From: Candidatus Heimdallarchaeum endolithica
Lineage (GTDB): Archaea > Asgardarchaeota > Heimdallarchaeia > Heimdallarchaeales > Heimdallarchaeaceae
Length of the DNA: 64,000 bases
Reading direction: 5' to 3'
Assembly (NCBI GenBank): GCA_021513715.1
Contig: CP084167.1
Coordinates: 386,124-450,123, forward strand
Positions 39,073-49,072 of this stretch are shown in pieces. The notes beneath the pieces are model-generated. The model did not search any database. It had not been told where the DNA came from and worked only from the letters and a program-made list of their open reading frames with translations. The number at the start of each line of letters is the position of its first letter. Within the stretch, counting starts at the first letter, position 1. A program made the translations under genes and the position numbers.

Positions 39073-40344
39073 TTATTGTTTCATTTGTCTTCTTCTATTT
39101 TTTTCATTTGCAAATAGTAAAGGAATAATAGCTGTTAAGACAAGAACTCCAGCAAAAATAAACATTAGAGGGGGAGGAATATATCCTATTTGACCAAATT
39201 CATCAATAAAGGTTTTTCCTGAAGTTTTTGCTATAGCGCTTCCTATAAATGGACCTATTCCCATTGCTGCAAGTACAGTGAAAACAATATAGTAACCAGA
39301 AAATTGTCCTCTCTTATCTTCAGGATAGAGATCTCTTATCCAAGTTACTGAAGAAATGTCCCACATTGCCATAGCAAACATCATTCCTACACCAGAAAGT
39401 CCAAGAAAAATTAGCTTTTCTGATAGCCCAAAGAAAATTAATGAAAAAGATTCAATAAAAACTGATATTATAGCTATCTTCTTTCTCCCTATTTTATCTA
39501 CAATAAAACCAACAGGAATAGATATAAGTATTGCAATTAGAATGGCTACAAAAATTAAGAGTGAGGATTCTTCTAAGCTTAATTCAAGGTGCTTTTGCAT
39601 GTAGATGATTAAGAAGGGGAAAAAAACATTAAAAGCTATACCCCACAACATTGCAGCACTTAAAGTAAGAAAAACATCTCTATTATTTCTTAATTCTGAA
39701 ATACTAAATGTGGTTTTGATTGTTTCCCAATATTTTTTATCTGTTTTTTTTATCTTTACTTCTGGAGCAATAATAGCTCCTATTATCCCCAAAACACCTA
39801 CAGAAGCTCCAATAATATAAAAGAAGTAGTAATAACCTAAAGATTCAATAATAAAGCCAGAAGCTCCATAGACAACTAATGTGGCAAGCAAAACAGTGAA
39901 TTCCATTACTGCACTGATTCTTCCTCGATTTTTTAGAGTGGTTACATCAGTAGCATAAGCTTTTAGTGCAGCATCGTTTGACATACTGCCAAAAAAAGTC
40001 ATTACACAATCAAAAACAATTGCTAAACTAGCCGCTAAAATTACTGGACGAACAAGTCCAGCAAGAGGAAAAATAGCTGTTGTTAAAGCCCAAAAGGGTA
40101 AACCAATAAGAAAGAAGACTTTTCTTTTACCAATTTTATCAGAAAGAGCTCCAAAAAAAATAGATGTAAGAGTCGCAGTAAGAGCACTAGCAGCAACCAT
40201 TATTGAGATATATATTGGATCTGGAATGATAACATTATACAAAAATACATTGAAATATTGATTTTCAACGCCCCAAGCAAGCTCACCAGCAAAACTTAGT
40301 AAAGTTATAGCTATAGTTGTTTTAGCAGAAATTTTCATATCCAA
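39073..40344 (-). CDS. MFS transporter (glycoside/cation symporter-like, 12 TM)
   Basis: 423 aa, 12 predicted helices. MFS-type loop motifs (GALSDKIGKRKVF). Adjacent to and co-oriented with the GH127-like hydrolase. Confidence 0.65.
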   Translation of the reverse strand: MDMKISAKTTIAITLLSFAGELAWGVENQYFNVFLYNVIIPDPIYISIMVAASALTATLTSIFFGALSDKIGKRKVFFLIGLPFWALTTAIFPLAGLVRPVILAASLAIVFDCVMTFFGSMSNDAALKAYATDVTTLKNRGRISAVMEFTVLLATLVVYGASGFIIESLGYYYFFYIIGASVGVLGIIGAIIAPEVKIKKTDKKYWETIKTTFSISELRNNRDVFLTLSAAMLWGIAFNVFFPFLIIYMQKHLELSLEESSLLIFVAILIAILISIPVGFIVDKIGRKKIAIISVFIESFSLIFFGLSEKLIFLGLSGVGMMFAMAMWDISSVTWIRDLYPEDKRGQFSGYYIVFTVLAAMGIGPFIGSAIAKTSGKTFIDEFGQIGYIPPPLMFIFAGVLVLTAIIPLLFANEKNRRRQMKQ

Positions 40345-40386
40345 TAAAAAAAAACTCTAGCAATTAAATTTTGTCACAAAAAAGAA

Positions 40387-42402
40387 TTATTTTTTCTCCT
40401 TTATCCAAACTTGCATGTTGGTTTTTCCTCTGTTTCCCCATAAGAAGTAAGGTATGGCAACTAGTTTTTCTCCTGATTGACTTATTGTTTCTATTACTTT
40501 TATTTCTCCATAATTTGGAAAATGAAAATTCTTAACTTCTAAATAAGAAGGATCTAACACTTCAAAAGGAATTTTAGAATTAGGATTATCTATTTTTTCG
40601 AAACAATACACTAACGGACCATGGCCTAAAGAAATTTTTCCTCTGTTTTCTTTTATTTTTTTATGTGAATGAAACTTGTTTATATCCATTTGAAATTCTA
40701 AATTTATTTCTGCATTGTTAGAAAAAATATCACTAATTGTGATATATTCTGAAAGAAAAGGATTGTATCCTGAAGCAGTAATTTCTGTTTTAATATTGTT
40801 TTTGTGAGTATATTCCTTTTGATGACCATTAACACTAATCTTCATTCTATTTGTCCAAGATGGAAAACGAAAATGAATTCTAGAAAATTTATTGTTTGAA
40901 TTACCTAAATTTAAGATTAATTTAGTTTTCCCTTCCCAAGGAAATTGAGAAATAAGAGAAAATTCTATTTTCTCACCAATTTTTGAGTAATTACTTATAT
41001 ATTGATGAATCCACAATTCTTGATCTTTTATTGAATAAATATACTCCCCTATTTTTGCAATTACTCTTGAATAGTTAGAAGGACAACAAGCTGTTTTATA
41101 CCAACTTTTTCTCTCATAGTTACCATTTGAAACCATTGGATTATAATAAAAATACTTTTTTCCGTCAATTGAAGCAGAAACTAAAATTGCATTATACAAC
41201 TGCCATTCTACTAAATCTGAGTAAAAAGCTTTTCCTGTTAATCTTAGCATTTCACTTGACCAAAAAACACTTCCTATAGCAGCACAAGTCTCACAATAGG
41301 CGTATTTATTTGGTAGTTCATAAGCTTTGGCAAAGCCTTCAATCATTGGTAGAGAGCCTAAACCTCCTGTGACATACATATATTTAGTAACCATTTCTTT
41401 CCATATTCTTTCAAGTTGTTGAAGGTAGAGTCTTTCTTTTAGTTCTTGTTGTAATAAAGCTGCTGCAGTCATAAAATAAGTAAATCGCACGCTGTGACCT
41501 TCAGGATGTTTCATTTTTAAAAGAGGTTTATTGTGTTGCATATATTTTCCATTGAGTGCACTGTAATAAAATCTGAATTTAAGAAAAGGAATTTTATCTA
41601 TTTTCAAGTCACTCATAACCTTTTCTTCTTCTTTTCTGTGCGTGAATTTCTCTATTTGCTTGTTAGCTTCTTTTGTTCTTTTTTCTACAGAAAAATGCTC
41701 TCTTATCATTTGGATAAAGAAAAGTTTTTTTCTTCCTCTGTCTTCAATGAACTTTTTAGCTAAATCTAAATATCTAATTTCTTTCTTAACTCTAAATAGC
41801 TTAATTAAAGCAATTTCTATTTCTTGATGCCCAGGAACTTCAATAGACTTAGAATTAGAAAATTTAACACAGATAGCATCAGCTACTTTTTCAGCTATTT
41901 TAAGATAGTTTCTTTCTTTTGTAGTTTGATAATGCTCAATCGCAGCTTCAATTAAATGTCCTGCAGTATAGAGTTCATGTTCAATTAAAAGATTCTTCCA
42001 TTTTGTTCCAGGAAAGAAAAATTGGTTGTAAGTATAAATGTATCCATCTTCATCTTGAGCTTCTTTTAAAATAGAAATGTATTGCTCTATTAATTCTTTT
42101 AATTTTTTATTTTTTTTATTAGCAAAGATCCTAATCGCAGCTTCTGACCACTTATGTACATCAGAATCACAGTAAAATAAACCTTTTCTGTATCCTTCTT
42201 TCTTTTTTGCCACTATTCGAAAATTGTCAATGCAACCACTTTGTTCAAGCATTCTCCATTGATGAAAGATAGCCTTCTCTTCGTTCAAGTTTTGTATTTT
42301 TTTCCAGAAACCGTGATTAATGTTGACTTTAGTATATGAAATAGAAGTAAAAAAAAGGCTAGAATATGTGTTTTTTTCGTTCATTTTTTCCCCGGATATC
42401 AC
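40387..42402 (-). CDS. Glycoside hydrolase family 127-like (DUF1680, beta-L-arabinofuranosidase-type Cys/Zn enzyme)
   Basis: About 670 aa. Cys-rich motif AYCETCAAIGSVFW resembles the Zn-binding/catalytic Cys cluster of GH127. Track start 42402 is GTG and the first ATG is 42384. Family call is from motif memory. Confidence 0.5.
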   Translation of the reverse strand: MISGEKMNEKNTYSSLFFTSISYTKVNINHGFWKKIQNLNEEKAIFHQWRMLEQSGCIDNFRIVAKKKEGYRKGLFYCDSDVHKWSEAAIRIFANKKNKKLKELIEQYISILKEAQDEDGYIYTYNQFFFPGTKWKNLLIEHELYTAGHLIEAAIEHYQTTKERNYLKIAEKVADAICVKFSNSKSIEVPGHQEIEIALIKLFRVKKEIRYLDLAKKFIEDRGRKKLFFIQMIREHFSVEKRTKEANKQIEKFTHRKEEEKVMSDLKIDKIPFLKFRFYYSALNGKYMQHNKPLLKMKHPEGHSVRFTYFMTAAALLQQELKERLYLQQLERIWKEMVTKYMYVTGGLGSLPMIEGFAKAYELPNKYAYCETCAAIGSVFWSSEMLRLTGKAFYSDLVEWQLYNAILVSASIDGKKYFYYNPMVSNGNYERKSWYKTACCPSNYSRVIAKIGEYIYSIKDQELWIHQYISNYSKIGEKIEFSLISQFPWEGKTKLILNLGNSNNKFSRIHFRFPSWTNRMKISVNGHQKEYTHKNNIKTEITASGYNPFLSEYITISDIFSNNAEINLEFQMDINKFHSHKKIKENRGKISLGHGPLVYCFEKIDNPNSKIPFEVLDPSYLEVKNFHFPNYGEIKVIETISQSGEKLVAIPYFLWGNRGKTNMQVWIKEKK

Positions 42403-43235
42403 TTTGCTTCATCAAAGAAATTTTCTTTATAGAGTCTTTTTCCGTCAGCTTTGTTATGTGGTTGCCTTACAAGCCTGTTAGTACTTTTTTCTAGTTCTCT
42501 TATCTCATCAGCAAGTAATCCTGCTTGTCTTACAATTTCATGGGCTGCTGAAAGGTATATTAGTGATTTAGATTTGTCTTTTTCCACGTATAATCCTTTA
42601 ACATCGAGTTTTGCTACTTTTGTCAACATTTCTAGAGCAGCGACAGCTTTAGCTTTAGAATAATCATTTTTGAATGGATAAGATTGGACAACTGTCATAC
42701 TAGATAAATTCCTTTTAGGTAACTTCAGTTCTTTTCCTTCCTTTATTTGTTCAATTATATTGTCGATTTCCTTAGTTATTAGTTCAAAAACACCTGCAGC
42801 ACTGAGAACATTAATTACATAACCATTGAAAATTCCCATCTCTGTAGGATCTAGAAAATCTTTTTTTGCACCTATCATGGGATCAAAAGGAGCAATTAAA
42901 TATCCAATGCCTTCTTTTCTCCATGATTCTCTCAACTCTTTATCAGCTTCATCAGAAACAACGATTAGAGGATATTTTCCTTTTAATTCATTAACAAGCT
43001 TTTTGGGACCATCCAAGTTAGCGTTTGGCGAAACAACTACAACTAAATCTGATTCTACATGTTCTAAAAGAGAAAGGATTCTAACTGCGTCAGAAGGAGA
43101 AAGTTTTGTAGAAGAGGATAAAACAGTTCCTTGGATATCATCCCTACTTGCTCGTTCATCAAGCATGATATCAACTAAAGTTGTTAAAGTAATATTTCCT
43201 ATTTTTAAGAATGTGACCTTTACCATTTTTATCAC
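42399..43235 (-). CDS. mtd: F420-dependent methylene-tetrahydromethanopterin dehydrogenase
   Basis: 278 aa. N-terminal KVTFLKIGNITLTTLVDIMLDERASRDDI and central DPMIGAKKDFLDPTEMGIFN match the conserved Mtd pattern (KIG.IK.GNIG...DL.LDERA.R.DI; DPMIGARR.FLDP.EM). Size is typical of Mtd. Confidence 0.6.
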   Translation of the reverse strand: MIKMVKVTFLKIGNITLTTLVDIMLDERASRDDIQGTVLSSSTKLSPSDAVRILSLLEHVESDLVVVVSPNANLDGPKKLVNELKGKYPLIVVSDEADKELRESWRKEGIGYLIAPFDPMIGAKKDFLDPTEMGIFNGYVINVLSAAGVFELITKEIDNIIEQIKEGKELKLPKRNLSSMTVVQSYPFKNDYSKAKAVAALEMLTKVAKLDVKGLYVEKDKSKSLIYLSAAHEIVRQAGLLADEIRELEKSTNRLVRQPHNKADGKRLYKENFFDEAK

Positions 43236-43332
43236 AAAGTGTTCTAGACATTCATATTAAAAAATCATTTTGTCAAATTTAAGTAAATGAATAATTTTAT
43301 AATGGATTAATCTTTTTATTCAATGTAGAAAG

Positions 43333-44082
43333 ATGAGAGATAAAGTACTAGTAGCAACTACTTCAGTCTTAATTATTGCATTTTCAATTTCATTGCTAAA
43401 TATCTATGTTTTACCTGAAATTCGTTTTCAACTTGATGTAAGCAGAGGTTATGCTAATGATTCACAATATAAAATGCTATTAGATATGGAAAATATAGCT
43501 ATTTCTTCTTCTTATTTTGAGGACATAAACTTTAGCCGCATAATTTATAATATTCCTGAACATTCTATTGTAAATATTACTTATATGCTTGAACAAGTAG
43601 AAAAGCATGAGTCTGCAGCTTATGACACTTTGAAAGGTATATATTTTAACACAAATGAAGATATTCCTCAACCAAAACAAATCAAAATGACATATAATGG
43701 TTCAATATCATTTGTTGTAAATAATTCTACAAACTATACAAAAAAGATACTCTCCTTTTATAAAGAAGGAGGAAATAATGCAACTTATTTTGTTGTTCTA
43801 AACTCTAGTTCTTATCTAACAAAATGTAATATTTCTGAAGTTGGAATAAGTCAATTTGAAATTTATGAACCAATTTTAAGACTAGAAGAATTATTTAATG
43901 ATGTAAATACAAAACCATTTTATGTTATTTATCAACATGTCTATTATGAGGAAACAAGAGGATTACTCCTTTCTTATTCTACATCATTTACAAGGATGAT
44001 CTTTCTGAACATTTTTGGTGATCTCCTATTTTTTATTACTAATGAAGGATATTGGATAAAGCCTTTAGATTTACTTATTTGA
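43333..44082 (+). CDS. Hypothetical membrane-anchored protein with many N-glycosylation sequons
   Basis: N-terminal TM helix (VLVATTSVLIIAFSISLLNIYVL). Extracytoplasmic domain with eight or more N-x-S/T sequons. No recognisable family. Confidence 0.35.
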   Translation: MRDKVLVATTSVLIIAFSISLLNIYVLPEIRFQLDVSRGYANDSQYKMLLDMENIAISSSYFEDINFSRIIYNIPEHSIVNITYMLEQVEKHESAAYDTLKGIYFNTNEDIPQPKQIKMTYNGSISFVVNNSTNYTKKILSFYKEGGNNATYFVVLNSSSYLTKCNISEVGISQFEIYEPILRLEELFNDVNTKPFYVIYQHVYYEETRGLLLSYSTSFTRMIFLNIFGDLLFFITNEGYWIKPLDLLI

Positions 44083-44140
44083 AAGCAAAATTAAGTAATT
44101 TGTGCAAAAAAAATATATACATTGATTCCTATTATATATT

Positions 44141-44644
44141 ATGTCTCAAGAAATTAAACCAATGGGATTCAAAGTACAACAAAAGATACTTGCTTTAGTG
44201 GCGACATATAATATCTATGACCTGGCTACAGATCAACAAATATTCAAAGCAAAAAGAAAGATGTTTTCATGGACACCAACCATTATAATCAAGGATATGG
44301 CAGAAAATGAAGTGGCAAAAATTGTTTCTAATTTCTTTTTTGGAAATAATTGGAAAATTTATGCTCCAAATGGAACACTAATTGGTGAAGTAAAGTTTCC
44401 TCTAATACGTTTTTGTGGAATTAAATTTGATGTAATGATGGCTGATAACACATACACTGCATCTGATATTTTCGGTTATTCATTCTCTGCTGTTGATGTT
44501 AATGGTAACTTAGGTTTTAAATTAGATCGAAAAATATTTGCAATAAGAGATACATATAAAGTAGAAACCTATCCTCCTTTAGAACCTGTTTTTGCTTTAG
44601 CTGCTGCTTTAGCTATAGATTCGAAATACTTCCAAGGAAAATAA
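44141..44644 (+). CDS. Hypothetical protein (167 aa), possibly tubby C-terminal-like / LURP-one-related (DUF567) fold
   Basis: Size and alternating hydrophobic beta-strand pattern are reminiscent of DUF567. Weak, memory-based. Confidence 0.3.
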   Translation: MSQEIKPMGFKVQQKILALVATYNIYDLATDQQIFKAKRKMFSWTPTIIIKDMAENEVAKIVSNFFFGNNWKIYAPNGTLIGEVKFPLIRFCGIKFDVMMADNTYTASDIFGYSFSAVDVNGNLGFKLDRKIFAIRDTYKVETYPPLEPVFALAAALAIDSKYFQGK

Positions 44645-44718
44645 AAATTTTTTCCTTTTCTTTCTCTTTTTTTGGTATATTCAACAAAAGTTAAAATATT
44701 AAATTTTAATCTCTTTTT

Positions 44719-45864
44719 GTGAGAGAAAAAATAGATGAGATTATAGAGTTCTTAAAAAGTGAACTTGCAGAGGATTGTTCTTATTATTCTGGAAAAGTCT
44801 TTGGTAGCATGAGTAGTTATCCTGACGATGATGTAGTGAGAGTTTTCGCTGAATTTATAGAAAAAAATGCTGGTGATGCAAATATCTTTGCTGGTACAGC
44901 TAAAATTGAAAACAAAGTAATTAACCTTTTAGGAACATTTTTTAATAATCCTACAGCAGGAGGGAATTGTGTTAGTGGAGGAAGTGAAGCCAATGTAGTA
45001 GGGTTGTGGGCAGCAAGAAATTTTTTCAAAGAAAAGAAAAACTTACCATTTCTCAATGAAGAATATGAAATAATTGTTCCTGAAACTAGACATACTTCAA
45101 TTGCAAAAGCAGCTGATCTATTAAATTTGAAATTAGTAGAAGTTCCTGTAAACAATGATTTTGAAGTAGAAGCAAAAATTGTGGAAGAGAAAATATCTGA
45201 AAAAACTATTGCAATTGTGGGTATTGCAGGAAACACTGTTTATGGATCAATAGATAATATCGAAGATCTGTCAATTATAGCGTTAAATAATAATTGTTGG
45301 TTACATGTAGATGCAGCTTTTGGAGGTTTTGCAATACCTTTCTTAAAAAATCCACCAAAATTCGATTTTATTTTAGAAGGAGTAAAATCATTGGTGGCTG
45401 ACCCTCATAAAAATTTAGGTAGCCCAATTCCAAATGGTTGTATATTATTCAGAGACTTAGACTATTCAAAACATATTATTCATCATTTACCTTATTTTTC
45501 TGGAAAAAAAACTGAAAATCGAACAATTATAGGAACAAAATCAGGAGCTGCGATTATTGCAACTTATTATATATTGAATTTTAAAGGGATTGATTGGTTA
45601 AAAAAACGAATGAAAAGTGCTTTTGAAAACAAAGATTACTTAAAACAAAGACTAGAAGAGTTGGGTTTTGAAGTTCTTGGAAAAGCTCAACTAAACGTTC
45701 TTGCAGCTAAGCCCCCTGATAATATAAGAAAGAGAAGAAATGAACTATTCAAGAAAGGTTGGAGAATTGGCAAATATGGAGATCTTTGGAGATTTGTTGT
45801 AATGCCTACTATAAGAAGAGAAAATATAAACGAATTAATATCTGTTTTAGAAGAAAATTTTTAG
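44719..45864 (+). CDS. mfnA: PLP-dependent L-tyrosine/L-aspartate decarboxylase MfnA (methanofuran / beta-alanine biosynthesis)
   Basis: SGGSEANVVGLWAARN, IVGIAGNTVYGSIDNIEDLS, HVDAAFGGFAIPFL, PLP-Lys in DPHKNLGSP, and C-terminal VVMPTIRRENINELI match archaeal MfnA closely. GTG start at 44719. Confidence 0.75.
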   Translation: MREKIDEIIEFLKSELAEDCSYYSGKVFGSMSSYPDDDVVRVFAEFIEKNAGDANIFAGTAKIENKVINLLGTFFNNPTAGGNCVSGGSEANVVGLWAARNFFKEKKNLPFLNEEYEIIVPETRHTSIAKAADLLNLKLVEVPVNNDFEVEAKIVEEKISEKTIAIVGIAGNTVYGSIDNIEDLSIIALNNNCWLHVDAAFGGFAIPFLKNPPKFDFILEGVKSLVADPHKNLGSPIPNGCILFRDLDYSKHIIHHLPYFSGKKTENRTIIGTKSGAAIIATYYILNFKGIDWLKKRMKSAFENKDYLKQRLEELGFEVLGKAQLNVLAAKPPDNIRKRRNELFKKGWRIGKYGDLWRFVVMPTIRRENINELISVLEENF

Positions 45865-45944
45865 GCTAGGCACTGAAATTAGATGCTACAAGTATTATTC
45901 ACTGTGATAATTATTTCCTCTTCCGCATTATTTATAAATGAGAA

Positions 45945-47942
45945 ATGAGAAAATATATTGGGGTGTTTCTGGTGAATCACAAAAAATTATATGTATTATA
46001 TATTATAACCTTTTTAGTTGTTTCCATGGCTTTTGGAAACAATTACGGAGTAAATGTTCAATCTGAAATCAGTTTGAGCTCTTATCAAGCACTTCAAGCA
46101 GGAGATACTTTGTTATATAAAGTTTATAACTGGTTTGAGGATGAATACACTCATTTACTATACTTGGATCAAGAAATTCAAGATCTTTGTTCGGACAAAT
46201 CATATGACGATTTCTACTTTGAACAGATTGAGCTTCATTCATTTGTAGTTACTGGAGCTGCTGATCCTACATACCTTACAGCAAATGAAACAATGTCATT
46301 CTATCCCAAGACTAATTATAATTATCATGAATATTGGCATTACGATTATAGTCAAAATGAATGGGTAAAAGATTGGGTAGATGAATATAGTTTTGAAGAT
46401 CCTCCAAAGAGTGATGTGTTTTTTGATGCCAGTTTTGATAAATATCCTGATATCTTAAACCTAGATTTACGTTCTTGGTTTTATGAAGCAGTTTATGTCG
46501 AAAATTACAATCAAACTTACATAATCAATGGTGTTCCATTTGAAATAAATATTACTCACTACAGTGTTTATCAAGAATATAATTCTTCTTGGGAAGAAGG
46601 ATTTTATGATCTTCCTATGTACGTAGAGCAAAATAAAACCAATCAAATTGATTATTACATTGACACTGATACAGGATTTTTGATCGAATATAAAGAGTTT
46701 AACACTTTTGAAGATAAAAGATGGGTAGATGAATATAGCAGTGAACTACAAACTCATGTATTATTAAATGATACATCGTACAATGAAAACTACTTTGATT
46801 GGAAATTAGTAGGAGCAAATTGTCAATATGCACCATTAGCAGAAGTAGATTTGCCTTATATAGTGAACTATTATGATGTTTCGTTATTAACCATAGAAAA
46901 TGGTACAGACTATGTTATATTGCCATTAGAACTTTATACATCCTCAAATAATTTGACAGCAGAAATATCTTTTATTAATTTGGAAATGGACGGACCTAAT
47001 GTTACTTTGTATGACAAAGTAGAGAATCTAACAAATGGATATTGGGAATATTGGATTCCAATTTCAGAATTTGAATATGTGAGACCATACTATTACTATG
47101 ATGTTTTAGTAACACTATATGACGGATACAATGTGTCACATAATTCAACATGGCATATAGGAATAGAAGACAATAGATATATTATACCTGATTGGCCATC
47201 TTGGTATGAAGGACCAGACTACATTGAAGTAGGAGAATGGCAGTCTTGGGATCAACAATACAATGTTTATTCTGATACTTATTGGTTTGTTGATATTTAC
47301 AGTTATACAAATGATCCTATGTATCCAATGGACTTGTTTGATCACTGGGAAGGATATCAGAATGGATCATTTTGGTTACATCATCTAGAAGAACCAGAAG
47401 GAGAATATCAATACGAAATAGTATTCTGGGACTTTAGTGGTAATTATATTAATATGACTGTAACAGTAAAAGTAGTTAGTGACACAACTCCTCCACCACC
47501 TGATGAAGATACTGAGGCTCCACTTATTACTGGTGAAGGACCAGACATTTACATTCAAGAAGGAGAAGACAAAACTCTAACTTATAAGATTACAGATAAA
47601 AATCCTGACCATGTTATGGTTAAGAAGAACAGTACAATTATTATAGACGAGGACATGACAAGTTCTCCCTACTACATAGATATAGACCTCTCAACTTTAA
47701 GTGTAGGAACTTACATCTTTAGTATAGATGCATGGGATACTTACGACAATCATAATGTTTGGGATATTACTGTCCATGTTTCTTCAAGTTCTAGTTCTGA
47801 CAAAAATGACACTGAATCTACAGGTAGTACAGATGATACTGGGACTAATACATTTGATCTTGATGCTCCTAATGGATTATTTGTTGGAATAAGCCTATTT
47901 TCTGTTAGTGCTTTAGTAGTTTTCTTAAAGAAAAAACGCTAA
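45945..47942 (+). CDS. Cell-surface protein (665 aa) with Ser/Thr-rich stalk and C-terminal TM anchor plus KKKR tail
   Basis: N-terminal signal anchor. W/Y/D/E-rich extracellular domains. TTPPPPDEDTE and SSSSSSDKNDTESTGSTDDTGT linkers. Terminal hydrophobic helix followed by LKKKR. Confidence 0.55.
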   Translation: MRKYIGVFLVNHKKLYVLYIITFLVVSMAFGNNYGVNVQSEISLSSYQALQAGDTLLYKVYNWFEDEYTHLLYLDQEIQDLCSDKSYDDFYFEQIELHSFVVTGAADPTYLTANETMSFYPKTNYNYHEYWHYDYSQNEWVKDWVDEYSFEDPPKSDVFFDASFDKYPDILNLDLRSWFYEAVYVENYNQTYIINGVPFEINITHYSVYQEYNSSWEEGFYDLPMYVEQNKTNQIDYYIDTDTGFLIEYKEFNTFEDKRWVDEYSSELQTHVLLNDTSYNENYFDWKLVGANCQYAPLAEVDLPYIVNYYDVSLLTIENGTDYVILPLELYTSSNNLTAEISFINLEMDGPNVTLYDKVENLTNGYWEYWIPISEFEYVRPYYYYDVLVTLYDGYNVSHNSTWHIGIEDNRYIIPDWPSWYEGPDYIEVGEWQSWDQQYNVYSDTYWFVDIYSYTNDPMYPMDLFDHWEGYQNGSFWLHHLEEPEGEYQYEIVFWDFSGNYINMTVTVKVVSDTTPPPPDEDTEAPLITGEGPDIYIQEGEDKTLTYKITDKNPDHVMVKKNSTIIIDEDMTSSPYYIDIDLSTLSVGTYIFSIDAWDTYDNHNVWDITVHVSSSSSSDKNDTESTGSTDDTGTNTFDLDAPNGLFVGISLFSVSALVVFLKKKR

Positions 47943-47943
47943 T

Positions 47944-49020
47944 TTATTCTTTTTTTATTTTTTTTATTACTTTTTTTAGTTGCTCAAGAGTTAAAACTCC
48001 TTTGCTAGTAATGTATCCTTTTATTAATTTAGCAGGAGTTACATCAAAAGCATAATTAAGAGCTGAAGATTTTTCATTTGAGATCAGAATTCTTTGTTCT
48101 TTTGAAGTCACAAACTTTACTTCTTCTTCATCTCTCTTTTCAATAGCTATTTTACTAGCTTTTGTTCCAGATTGATCAATTGTTGACCAAGGTAGAGCAA
48201 CATAAAAATCTATTCCAAAATATTTTGCTGAAATCGCTAAAGAAAGTGTTCCTATTTTGTTAGCGATAGTTCCATCTTGTAAGCATCTATCTGCTCCTAC
48301 AATTATCTTATCAATTTCCCCTTTTGACATTAGAAAAGAAGCAGAATTATCAGTAATAATTAAATGTTCAATTCCTGATTCATACAGTTCCCAAGCGGTT
48401 ATTCTTGCTCCTTGAAGTCTAGGGCGAGTTTCATCAACTATTACTCTTATTTTTTTCTGTTTAGAGTGAGCAACATAGATAGGAGCTAAAGCTGTCCCAT
48501 AATCTACAGTTGCTGGAGCTCCAGCATTACAATGAGTTAAAATAGTTTCTCCATTCTTTATTATTTTTTCTCCTTCTATTCCTATTTTTTTGCATTCTTC
48601 TATAACTTGTGTTCTTAATGAATGGGCTCTATTCAAAACTTTTTCAACTGATAAATTGGTGTTTATTGCTTCTTCTAGAACTATTTTAGCAAAATTTTCT
48701 AAATCAACAGCAGTAGGACGAGAAGAAATTAGTGTTTGGTAACTCATTTTTAGAAATTCTATTCTTTTTTCTTGTTGTTTAAATTTAGTTAAAGCTTGAA
48801 TTGTCGACAATACCATAGCATATGCAGCAGTTACACCTATCGCAGGAGCTCCTCTAACAACCATGTTTTTTATGGCTTCACTTACATCTTTCACACTATG
48901 ATATTCATTAAACTTGATATCCCAAGGTAGTACTCTCTGATCCAACAAGACTAAAGAACTATTTTGACTATTCCAAAAAACACTGGTTACATTTTTCAAC
49001 TTTCTACTCTTTATCTGCAT
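47944..49020 (-). CDS. mtnA: MtnA / eIF-2B alpha-beta-delta family isomerase (S-methyl-5-thioribose-1-phosphate or ribose-1,5-bisphosphate isomerase)
   Basis: VLLDQRVLPWDIKFNEYHSVKDVSEAIKNMVVRGAPAIG matches the MtnA N-terminal signature. 358 aa. Confidence 0.6.
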   Translation of the reverse strand: MQIKSRKLKNVTSVFWNSQNSSLVLLDQRVLPWDIKFNEYHSVKDVSEAIKNMVVRGAPAIGVTAAYAMVLSTIQALTKFKQQEKRIEFLKMSYQTLISSRPTAVDLENFAKIVLEEAINTNLSVEKVLNRAHSLRTQVIEECKKIGIEGEKIIKNGETILTHCNAGAPATVDYGTALAPIYVAHSKQKKIRVIVDETRPRLQGARITAWELYESGIEHLIITDNSASFLMSKGEIDKIIVGADRCLQDGTIANKIGTLSLAISAKYFGIDFYVALPWSTIDQSGTKASKIAIEKRDEEEVKFVTSKEQRILISNEKSSALNYAFDVTPAKLIKGYITSKGVLTLEQLKKVIKKIKKE

Positions 49021-49072
49021 AATTAGAAAAAGAAAAAATCTAATAAAAATTTATGCAAAAAAAAACAGTGAG

